Shown here: positions 7,788 to 14,645 of the stretch, piece after piece
How the letters are laid out: each line of letters opens with the position of its first letter
How positions within the stretch are numbered: the stretch's first letter is position 1
Program-made: the position numbers and the translations under genes
Notes under the pieces: model-generated
Seen by the model: only the letters and a program-made list of their open reading frames with translations
What the model was told of the DNA's origin: nothing
Database searches by the model: none
Virus record (IMG/VR): IMGVR_UViG_3300021517_000016
Location: 1 to 30,808 of that record
Length of the DNA stretch: 30,808 bases
Reading direction: 5' to 3' (one strand)
From: a virus
Taxonomy: Duplodnaviria; Caudoviricetes

Positions 7788-8305
7788 TTTCTAAACAGCT
7801 CCACGCAGGCAGCGTGGTATGAGGTACCGCCCTGGATCTTCGCAATAAGCTCCGAAGCCTTGCCCCTGGTCACCGGCACAACACAGCGATCCTCATGCAG
7901 ATCCCTGGCACGATTCATCAAGAACACCACCTGCCCATGGGTCGGGAGTCCATCCTCCTCTACCTTGACTGGCGGGGTCTTAGGAGGCTCAGGCGCTACC
8001 TGGTCGTCAGCCAGGGCGAGAAACGCAGCCTTTTCTTGCAACTGATCTATTACCTCCGAGATGCGCTGGATATGATCGACCCGCTTGTCCTGCACCACAA
8101 GGGCCGTAGTCATGGTGGCCTTGTCTTCGAGCTTGAGCTGCCGCTGACGCGCCTCCCACGACTTCCCGAACCTAGATACGAACTGCTTTAGGCTCGGCTT
8201 GCGCTTGCCCCACTTCTTCTGCACCGGGGGCTTGTTCCAGTGCTTGTTCAGGTACTCACTGTGCGCGGCTTCAATAGTGCCGGCATTGAGGAAACCGTGT
8301 GTCAT
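7784..8305 (-). CDS. Hypothetical protein (173 aa)
   Basis: GGAGG SD and coupled neighbours; small C-terminal helical motif PTxxQ...TRGKASELI often seen in phage proteins. Confidence 0.75.
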   Translation of the reverse strand: MTHGFLNAGTIEAAHSEYLNKHWNKPPVQKKWGKRKPSLKQFVSRFGKSWEARQRQLKLEDKATMTTALVVQDKRVDHIQRISEVIDQLQEKAAFLALADDQVAPEPPKTPPVKVEEDGLPTHGQVVFLMNRARDLHEDRCVVPVTRGKASELIAKIQGGTSYHAACVELFRK

Positions 8306-8532
8306 GGTGTTTCCTCCGCGACCTGCTTGGCCAGAAGGTAGTTATTCTCTAGGATGTACTCCTGGCCACGCTCATTTAGGTCTTTATCTGCTGCTTGTGC
8401 GCTGAACCACTTCGCCCAGCGCACCTCTTCGTTTGGGAAGTCATCCTTCACGAAGATCGTCCCGAACACGAAGTCCGGATGCTCCCGGACACGCTGGAAT
8501 AGGTCGTGAATACTCTCGGCTTCCTGATTCAT
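8302..8532 (-). CDS. Hypothetical protein (76 aa)
   Basis: GGAGG SD; ATGA overlaps at both ends. Confidence 0.75.
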   Translation of the reverse strand: MNQEAESIHDLFQRVREHPDFVFGTIFVKDDFPNEEVRWAKWFSAQAADKDLNERGQEYILENNYLLAKQVAEETP

Positions 8533-8723
8533 GCCTCCCGCCCCCGATACCTCTGTGTCCGCATCTCGCGGAGGGATTCCAGCTCGTGCCTCGTATGCGC
8601 GACATCGGAACGAACCAAGGCCCGCTGATTCAGGGAGTCGCTGATGGTGCGGTGGAACGGGCGATGCCCGGGGCGATGAATGGCGTTCTGACCACGGGTA
8701 TGAATGAGGCGTGTAGGCATCAC
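8529..8723 (-). CDS. Basic His/Arg-rich hypothetical protein (about 64 aa)
   Basis: AAGGAG followed by GTG ATG overlapping the upstream stop; the 3' part of track ORF 8529..8897. Confidence 0.6.
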   Translation of the reverse strand: MMPTRLIHTRGQNAIHRPGHRPFHRTISDSLNQRALVRSDVAHTRHELESLREMRTQRYRGREA

Positions 8724-9079
8724 TTGTACTCCTTTTCGAGGTAGTCTGCTATACCACTGAAGGAGAGTCCGCCTTCTCCAAAGGTGTCGTTCTTCATTGA
8801 TAGGTACTTTTCGTCGCGAGCCGATAGGCCACCGACCCACTCCACGACGAGACCCGGCAGGCCCCCCCGAACCGGCCGGCTGGCATCGGTAGCACAAAAG
8901 GCCATGGGCACGCCGTCACCGGGAGTAACCCAGCCCCCCTGCTTACTTTCTTTCCGATATACGTCGCACAAAACCCCCAGACAACAAAACTTATCTTTGC
9001 TGGGTCGGAGTGCTCCGCATCCCTGCTTATACTCCCCGCTGCGCAGGGCTTTGATCCACTTGCGCATGTTCTTGTTCAT
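8720..9079 (-). CDS. Conserved phage hypothetical protein (WxxALRSGxYxQ...CCLGV family), paralog 2
   Basis: KWIKALRSGEYKQGCGALRP...FCCLGVLCD...ND...SFSGIADYLE; paralogous to 9457..9834. Confidence 0.85.
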   Translation of the reverse strand: MNKNMRKWIKALRSGEYKQGCGALRPSKDKFCCLGVLCDVYRKESKQGGWVTPGDGVPMAFCATDASRPVRGGLPGLVVEWVGGLSARDEKYLSMKNDTFGEGGLSFSGIADYLEKEYK

Positions 9080-9456
9080 GCGCAGCTACATCCGCTACAG
9101 CACCGGGAGTACTCGTCGCGTGCTGGGATATCCTCTGTCGGGACATAGACCTCGGGATTGGAGTTGGCGTGGGTTCCCCATACGCCCAAAGAACTCACCA
9201 CGCCGTCATCTCCCTTACGGAAGCTCTGAACGACCCGGATTTCCAACAACGTTCCCTCGTCACCGGGCCGGTAGCTACCCCCGGTATCCATCCAGCTCAT
9301 TGCTTCCTTGACGGCACGTAGGTACCGCCCATAGTCCGGCCCTTCGTAGGCCACTACATAGGCTTCCTCAGAGTCCGGGACGCCGCTAAAGGGCTGCCCA
9401 TTTGGCTCTGCCTGGCGCATGTCCTTGAGTAGTACGTACAACGTGTTTGGATCCAA
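9076..9456 (-). CDS. Hypothetical protein (126 aa)
   Basis: TTG start directly after the upstream TAA with AAGGA; tiles the operon. Confidence 0.65.
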   Translation of the reverse strand: MDPNTLYVLLKDMRQAEPNGQPFSGVPDSEEAYVVAYEGPDYGRYLRAVKEAMSWMDTGGSYRPGDEGTLLEIRVVQSFRKGDDGVVSSLGVWGTHANSNPEVYVPTEDIPARDEYSRCCSGCSCA

Positions 9457-9834
9457 TTACAGATTCCTTTCGATGTGGTCGGCAATAGTGTTGAAGTCAT
9501 ACGAATCGCAAGGGGAGCACCCCTCGTCGTTCATGTCCGGAAGCACCTTCTCGAAGATTTCAAGCTCGCCGCGAGTAACTCCAGCCCACCTAAGAATCCT
9601 CTTTGGCAGTAGGCCACAACCCAGGTCTTCCTCACGATTACCCAACTTCAGGTTCCACCGACCCCCTTCCACACAGTACAAAACCCATTCCCCCGGCTGC
9701 TCTTCCAGGTAAAGGTCGGACAGAACTCCTAGGCAGCAGTAGGTGTCTTCCGAGGGGCGAAGATAGCCCTGCCCCCGCTTGTACTTCCCACTGCGAAGTG
9801 CAGCAACCCACAGGTCGCGAATACGCTTCTTCAT
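9457..9834 (-). CDS. Conserved phage hypothetical protein (WxxALRSGxY...CCLGV family), paralog 1
   Basis: AAGGAG SD; LWVAALRSGKYKRGQGYLRP...YCCLGVLSD...MND...DFNTIADHIE. Confidence 0.85.
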   Translation of the reverse strand: MKKRIRDLWVAALRSGKYKRGQGYLRPSEDTYCCLGVLSDLYLEEQPGEWVLYCVEGGRWNLKLGNREEDLGCGLLPKRILRWAGVTRGELEIFEKVLPDMNDEGCSPCDSYDFNTIADHIERNL

Positions 9835-9858
9835 GTTCTCTCCTTGTGAGGGCTGCCA

Positions 9859-10359
9859 TCAGCAGCCGTAGGCTCGATACTCGGGCGGATTGGTGGCAGA
9901 CATAGCTGCCGCTTCGCGCTCCAACTTGCGCCACGCCTTCGTGAAGAACCGAATACCGTAGTACCGACGAGCTAGGTCAGCTACCCAGGCCCGTCCCCAG
10001 CAGTTAGCCCACGCTTCGTCAGATACTCCACGGGCATGGGCAGCTTCGTGAGCGAGGATCATCAGAGCCCCGCCGTTCGGGATACCTAGCATGAGGTACT
10101 GGCAGACCTTAGGGCCTAGCCAGATTTCCTCACTAGGCGAGAAGGCGAACCCGTATAACTGGTCGCCGTAGGTGAAGTTGTACTCCGCCTGCACTGTGGC
10201 CCACTCTGTTGAGTCGGTGTAGCACCGAGCATCAACGGGCTTGCCAGCTACCAAGGAAGCCATCTGGTCAATCTTGTCCTCCGGCGGCAGCTGTTGGATG
10301 TTCTTCCCAGCCGTCCCAAGGCTCATGAAGCTAACTAGGACAGCGAGAATGGCGTGCAT
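9859..10359 (-). CDS. Exported zincin-like metallopeptidase
   Basis: Signal-peptide-like N-terminus; LAHEAAHARG followed by DExxA; GGAGGT SD. Confidence 0.75.
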   Translation of the reverse strand: MHAILAVLVSFMSLGTAGKNIQQLPPEDKIDQMASLVAGKPVDARCYTDSTEWATVQAEYNFTYGDQLYGFAFSPSEEIWLGPKVCQYLMLGIPNGGALMILAHEAAHARGVSDEAWANCWGRAWVADLARRYYGIRFFTKAWRKLEREAAAMSATNPPEYRAYGC

Positions 10360-10415
10360 GGCTTACCTCCTATGTGCTCGACCATGCCCACGGGATTGCG
10401 GGCATGGAGCAGCAC

Positions 10416-10475
10416 AAAAAAGCGAGCCCAGGGGAGCGAGGATTGCAGTCTGGATACCTGCGCTCCCCCGAGCTC
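10416..10475 (-). terminator. Intrinsic terminator-like hairpin plus U6
   Basis: GGGGAGCG (10431-10438) pairs with CGCTCCCC (10461-10468), extended by GAGC/GCTC; A6 at 10416-10421 reads as U6 on the minus strand. Confidence 0.6.
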
Positions 10476-11003
10476 TAAATAAAGCTACGGTTTAGGTGCA
10501 TCGGTGCGGTAATGCCAGCGTTAGGCTTAGTATCTCTTAGGCCCTTCCGGCTAGGCTCGTACGCTGTAGCCACCATGGTGGTGGGATCACTGAGCCTCTG
10601 AGCGCCCTAGGCAGATACCAGGCTTCCCCCTACGGGGAAGCCGCTTTGATCCAAAGGATCAAACCAGGGTCGCGCTGACCACCGATGCAGCACCTTACAA
10701 GCGCCATAAGCGCGTAGAGCACCGCACAGCGAGGTGCACGCTGTACGGATCCGGAGCTAGTTACCTAGCGGGGCGACCCTCATTCGAGGTACTCGTACAC
10801 TTTCCACCGGAGCATAATCTCCGTTACCTACAACACCTTGGACGGTGATAGGTGGCCTAGTAGAGTCTGCTGTCGCCGCCGGGTCATTATGGCCTCTAAG
10901 AGCCATCCCGGCCCTATATCCTCAATCGGTAGCTCGACTACCGAAGGGGCGCTGTCCCTCGTCGCCGCCCTTGCTATCAAGGGATCCGGCCGGGGATGTG
11001 CGC
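10416..11003 (-). ncRNA. Candidate large structured non-coding RNA or leader (about 590 nt), family not recognised
   Basis: More than 12 helices found by eye, including a nested multibranch domain closed by a 10-bp pairing (10497-10506 with 10680-10689), a GUAA tetraloop hairpin (10756-10769) and a candidate pseudoknot (10666-10673 with 10773-10780). Bounded by promoter-like and terminator-like signals. Confidence 0.6.
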
Positions 11004-11009
11004 CGTCAA

Positions 11010-11037
11010 AGTGTACCCGAATTTTCGGGGCCGACAA
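11010..11037 (-). promoter_or_regulatory. Sigma70/HrdB-type promoter candidate TTGTCG-N16-TACACT
   Basis: -35 at 11037-11032 and -10 at 11015-11010; predicted start near 11003, where the hairpin-dense region begins. Confidence 0.5.
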
Positions 11038-11200
11038 ACTCGTTAACGCAATCGCAATAATCCCCGCAAATCGCGGGTTTTTGTGCCGGATTTGGTGTCG
11101 CAATCGTTGCCGTAATGCGAAACGTTGCAAGCCCCGCGTGTAGGCTAGCGCACGCGCACGATAGGGTGCGTATACCTCGCTTACGCCGTGACTCGAAGGC

Positions 11201-11209
11201 AGGATAGCA
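11201..11209 (-). promoter_or_regulatory. Possible extended -10 promoter (TGcTATCCT)
   Basis: TGnTANNNT in non-coding DNA, pointing into the early arm. Confidence 0.3.
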
Positions 11210-11329
11210 GAATTCGCACACGCGGTGTCTTGGAGACGATAAATGCGCACCCCCATAGTAGTAGGGAATGGAACGGGGGCAGCACCCTATTCGACTAGTC
11301 GCATAAGCGCGTACCCGAGCGACCAGGGG

Positions 11330-11515
11330 CGGCTCTAAGGCCCTCTGCCGTTCTGACCCTATCCCGGTAGGGGTTCAAGCTTGCAGGCGCTTAGGAGCGC
11401 TTACAGGGACGCACAGGGGCATCGGCGCTCTAAGCCGTTCTAAGGCCCCGGTAGCTGGGGGGTAGTCCAGGGTAGGGCTGGGGGCTCGGAGGCTCTTAGC
11501 GTGGCTCTCAGGCTC
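11330..11515. promoter_or_regulatory. Two tandem 10-bp-periodic CTAAG...GGTAG...CTTAG elements
   Basis: GCTCTAAGGCC...GGTAGGGG...CGCTTAGGAGCGCTTACAGG and GCTCTAAGCCGTTCTAAGGCC...GGGGGTAG...CTCTTAGCGTGGCTCTCAGG; same layout as 2930-3050. Confidence 0.4.
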
Positions 11516-11583
11516 GTCCCAAAGGGACGACCAGGGTGGTGCAACCTGGCGAGACTCTTCAACCGTGCAGCCGATGCGAGGGC

Positions 11584-11611
11584 AAAAAAGAAGGCCCGCC
11601 GAAGCGGGCCT
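11584..11611 (-). terminator. Rho-independent terminator
   Basis: Minus strand AGGCCCGC-TTCG-GCGGGCCT-TCTTTTTT, just after the stop of 11638..11967. Confidence 0.9.
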
Positions 11612-11637
11612 CCTAGGGTGAAGCGGTGACGCTGGTG

Positions 11638-11967
11638 CTACTTGACGCGCTCGGCCAGGATCGAGCCGTTCGCGTTCGACTCGATGACCTGCCACGTGGA
11701 GCGACCGCGCTTCCCCTGGTAGACGAACGTCTCGCCGACGCGGTGAGGCAGTCCTAGCCGGGAGACGGCCCCGGCGGAGAAGGGAGACTGCCGACCGATG
11801 TGCTTTGCGGCCGCAGCGCGCTTCGCAGGGACGGTCTTCGCCTGGCGCTTCGGTGCAGGAGTGTCCCCACCGGTCGCAAGCTTCTCCAGCATGCTCGCCA
11901 CCTTGTCCAGCGTGGCGTCCGTCTGCTCGATCCTCTCCGCGAGGGATGCGAGGGTCATGCGTGCCAT
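11638..11967 (-). CDS. Monocistronic small basic protein (coiled coil, Lys/Ala/Pro linker, beta domain); possibly DNA-binding
   Basis: AGGA SD, GC-biased codons, its own terminator; N-terminal heptads and a KRGR motif. Confidence 0.8.
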   Translation of the reverse strand: MARMTLASLAERIEQTDATLDKVASMLEKLATGGDTPAPKRQAKTVPAKRAAAAKHIGRQSPFSAGAVSRLGLPHRVGETFVYQGKRGRSTWQVIESNANGSILAERVK

Positions 11968-12571
11968 CTTGTCCTACCTTCCCGGGCGGGTCTCGCCCTG
12001 TGTGTGGGGAGGGGCAGGGTGCCCGTCCCTCGGCCCAAAGTGTGGGGACTCTGTTTTATGTTGCGCATAGTTCTGTTTACTCTAGTGGTGATAACAGTAG
12101 GCTATTGAATGGCTGCATGATGCATGAATGCTGGAGTGGTGTGATGCGAACTCTAGATCTTCAACCCATCCTCCTCTGCTTCCCTATATATACGAGGCCC
12201 CATGCCCCCCTTTCAGGTAGTACTGTGCGAATAAATTAATCACTCTCAGACACCAACCCAACACAACCATTCGGGCTTATTTTCGGCTTATATAAAGGGA
12301 TTGTCTCTCCCCCGTAGGGGGAACCTTGTCGCCACTTACGCTTACAAAACCCCCGTACGGCCAATGTACGGTACTAGTGCGGCATCGTGCCCCTGGCTGT
12401 ACGGGTGGACACCCGACCGTACAGCCCAACCCAGCCTCTAACTGGGGGGGGCCTGTTGTCTAGTCCGCACGTTTTTCTAAGAAAGTCCGCATTAGCGGAC
12501 AAATCCAAGGTTTACAAAACCGCACTTTCAAACGTTATATACTATAGAGAGTATATTTTTTACTCCTAAGG

Positions 12572-12782
12572 CTATATAGTACTATTCAGTACTGTCCTGG
12601 CTGTCCGAAGGCTTCTCCCGACAGGGAGAACCGTAAAGGCCCGAAGGGCCTGTAGGACAAGCCGGTACCGCATACTTCTCTTTAGGTGTCTTCAGAAGGG
12701 GGCTGTTTTGGGACAGCCCCTCTAAACTTTCCTGTCAGTACGATTCAGTACTGCACTATTCAGTACTATTCAGTACTGTAAG
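12572..12782. repeat. Second GTAC repeat array enclosing a multibranch hairpin
   Basis: AGTACTATTCAGTACTGT at 12578 and 12762; 12736-12766 matches 2686-2716 at 29/31; hairpins TTCTCCC-GACA-GGGAGAA, AGGCCC-GAA-GGGCCT and GGGGCTGT...ACAGCCCC. Confidence 0.75.
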
Positions 12783-12793
12783 GGGGTGTTCCT

Positions 12794-12994
12794 TTGATGT
12801 ACCAGGGCTACCCAAGCTCTCCGAGCCCGCGAGGGACTCGCTGCTCCATTTGCGACTCCACTGCCGTCTTCATCGGGGACACCTGCTCCTCCTGCAACAT
12901 GTCAATTCGACGCGACCTAAACCTCGGCTTCCCAAAACTGGAGGCCTACCTCACCAAGTGGGCCGCATTTAGGGAGTGGGAAGGTGGGACCTAA
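12794..12994 (+). CDS. Small zinc-ribbon-like protein (CxxC...CxxC)
   Basis: CSIC...CSSC; G-rich SD; first ORF of the rightward arm. Confidence 0.6.
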   Translation: MMYQGYPSSPSPRGTRCSICDSTAVFIGDTCSSCNMSIRRDLNLGFPKLEAYLTKWAAFREWEGGT

Positions 12995-13178
12995 GTCCAC
13001 CACGACGCCTGAGTGCGTTCCTGACCGCTTCAATCGCTGTCTAGACGGCGCAGAGACCGTCATTCTCACCTGGGCGCACAATCCCGCAGCCGTAATCGGC
13101 TGCCTTATCTGCATTTTCCTACTTTTCGCGTGGGTTGCAGCTCGTCCGAGCTCCCCCGCAGACGACTCTAAGGAGTAG
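12984..13178 (+). CDS. Small membrane protein
   Basis: One hydrophobic segment (AAVIGCLICIFLLFAWVAA); overlaps the previous gene's end. Confidence 0.5.
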   Translation: MGPKSTTTPECVPDRFNRCLDGAETVILTWAHNPAAVIGCLICIFLLFAWVAARPSSPADDSKE

Positions 13179-13183
13179 CCAGC

Positions 13184-13396
13184 TTGTTCAACCCCTTCCG
13201 GCGCAACAAGCGCCGCGTTCTCATGCTCGTTTCTGTCGGAGAGCACCCGGCCGGCACCGTAACCTTCCTCCCCACCGCCATTGCCGACCGTTTCGTCGCT
13301 CGGGGCTACGCCGCAGGGGAGCTAAGCCGCCCATTTAACGAGCAGGAGCTCAACGAGCTCCGTTCTAACCCCCCTAGCCAGACCGTGAGCGTCTAG
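13184..13396 (+). CDS. Small hypothetical protein (possibly virion-associated)
   Basis: AAGGAG SD with TTG start; G.V..L....A..FV..GYA pattern common next to head genes; TAGATG coupling to the next gene. Confidence 0.7.
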   Translation: MFNPFRRNKRRVLMLVSVGEHPAGTVTFLPTAIADRFVARGYAAGELSRPFNEQELNELRSNPPSQTVSV

Positions 13397-13804
13397 ATGG
13401 CCTCTGCGCACTACGACCTAACGCTCAAGCGGTTTCTCGATGCCGATGACGACATGCTGGTGGACACCATTAAGGTCCGGCTGGTCCGAGTCTCCGCCTA
13501 TACCTTCTCCCAGAGCCACGACTTTCTCAATGACCTGCCTGCAGCCATCGTCACGGACGTCACTCTGGGCTCCAAGACCACTGATGGGGCCGGTTCGCAC
13601 CCTGGCTGCTTCAACGCCGCTGATGCCGTCTTTACCGCAGTCCCTTCCGGGGCAGCTATCGACGCCTTGGTGATCTACAAAGACACTGGTACCGCCTCCA
13701 CGTCCCCCTTGATCGCCTATATCGACGGCTTCTCCGTCACCCCGAACGGCGGCGACATCACCGTCCAGTGGTCCAACTCTAGCCCGTTCATTTTCAAGAT
13801 CTAA
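13397..13804 (+). CDS. Virion structural protein (fibre/spike-associated beta protein)
   Basis: DTIKVRLV...HDFLND...FNAADAVF...ALVIYKDTG...SPLIAYID...PNGGDITVQW, a widespread phage structural pattern. Confidence 0.75.
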   Translation: MASAHYDLTLKRFLDADDDMLVDTIKVRLVRVSAYTFSQSHDFLNDLPAAIVTDVTLGSKTTDGAGSHPGCFNAADAVFTAVPSGAAIDALVIYKDTGTASTSPLIAYIDGFSVTPNGGDITVQWSNSSPFIFKI

Positions 13805-13805
13805 T

Positions 13806-14645
13806 ATGGCCGAGATTGCAGACCTCTCCGCCCTCGTTAACCGTCTGACGGGGGGCAACTCCGGCACCCCGGAGCACCTGTTCTTCCACAAGCAGGAGCG
13901 CGTCAACGGAGCGCTTGCTGCCGCTACCGTCGCCGGACGCTGGACATCCCTCTGGCGCTACGAAGGGCAGCCGGCCCACGGAGCAGTGCAGGGCGCTACC
14001 GGAGCCGCTTTCGACAACACCACCAACGGCGGGCTCAAGCAGGCCGACCCCGGCGGGGGTCGCCAGAAGTGGCTAGTCGGCGCCAACCTTCACTCCAACG
14101 TCGCCGGCACCATCGTCCTCTACGACCGCCTGGCGGCGGACGGAACATTCTCCGGCACCACCACGACAGCCCAAACCGTCTCTTTTACCCCGCCGTCACG
14201 GTACTCCAGCGGCGTCGGCAACCAGGTCTGGATCGAAATTCAGACTGCCATCGGCTCTACAGCCACTACGGCCACCGTCAACTACACCGATCAGGACGGC
14301 AACACCGGCGTTATTTCTCCGACGTTCTCTATCGGCGGCGCGGGACTCCAGGAGGCCGAAAGGATCATTCCTGTCTCCCTGGCTACCGGCGACACCGGTG
14401 TCCGCAATGTGGCAGACGTAGACCTTGTCGCCTCTACCGGCACAGCCGGCGACTTCGCCGTGATCCTGGCACACCCGCTGGTCACCATCCCCGTCTACGG
14501 AGGCGGCGGTACCTCTCGCGACCTGATTTTCGGTGACCCCGGGGTTATCGAAATTCCCACGGACGCCTGTCTCGCAATGGCCTGGATCGCCAACGGCACT
14601 ACTCGCCCGCAGATTTTCGGCTCGCTTCACATGTTGGAGGCGTAA
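13806..14645 (+). CDS. Putative virion spike/fibre protein, paralog A
   Basis: Thr/Gly/Ala-rich; LYDRL, YTDQDGNTG, LATGDTGVRNV, TAGDF.V.LAHPL, DACL. Confidence 0.7.
   Translation: MAEIADLSALVNRLTGGNSGTPEHLFFHKQERVNGALAAATVAGRWTSLWRYEGQPAHGAVQGATGAAFDNTTNGGLKQADPGGGRQKWLVGANLHSNVAGTIVLYDRLAADGTFSGTTTTAQTVSFTPPSRYSSGVGNQVWIEIQTAIGSTATTATVNYTDQDGNTGVISPTFSIGGAGLQEAERIIPVSLATGDTGVRNVADVDLVASTGTAGDFAVILAHPLVTIPVYGGGGTSRDLIFGDPGVIEIPTDACLAMAWIANGTTRPQIFGSLHMLEA

Noticed and set aside
8724-8897. N-terminal extension of track ORF 8529..8897
   Set aside because: It overlaps the conserved CCLGV gene; a better SD-led coupled start lies at 8723/8720.
10416-11003. Assignment as RNase P RNA, tmRNA, tRNA cluster or self-splicing intron
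   Set aside because: Only GGAAAGU resembles RNase P and the matching P4 strand is not evident. There are no tRNA-like ends or T-loops, no group II domain V and no interrupted gene.
10828-11256. 142-aa minus-strand ORF and overlapping plus-strand ORFs
   Set aside because: No SD, no recognisable motif, and they run across promoter-like and inverted-repeat sequence; treated as non-coding, though not disproven.
11375-11695. 106-aa minus-strand ORF
   Set aside because: It crosses a clear intrinsic terminator and the periodic elements, and has low-information Pro/Arg/Ala composition.
12387-12569. 60-aa plus-strand ORF in the divergence region
   Set aside because: No SD; AT-rich regulatory-looking sequence with no protein-like features.
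12599-12663. Hammerhead ribozyme in the three-way junction
   Set aside because: The CUGANGA and GAAA core is absent on both strands.
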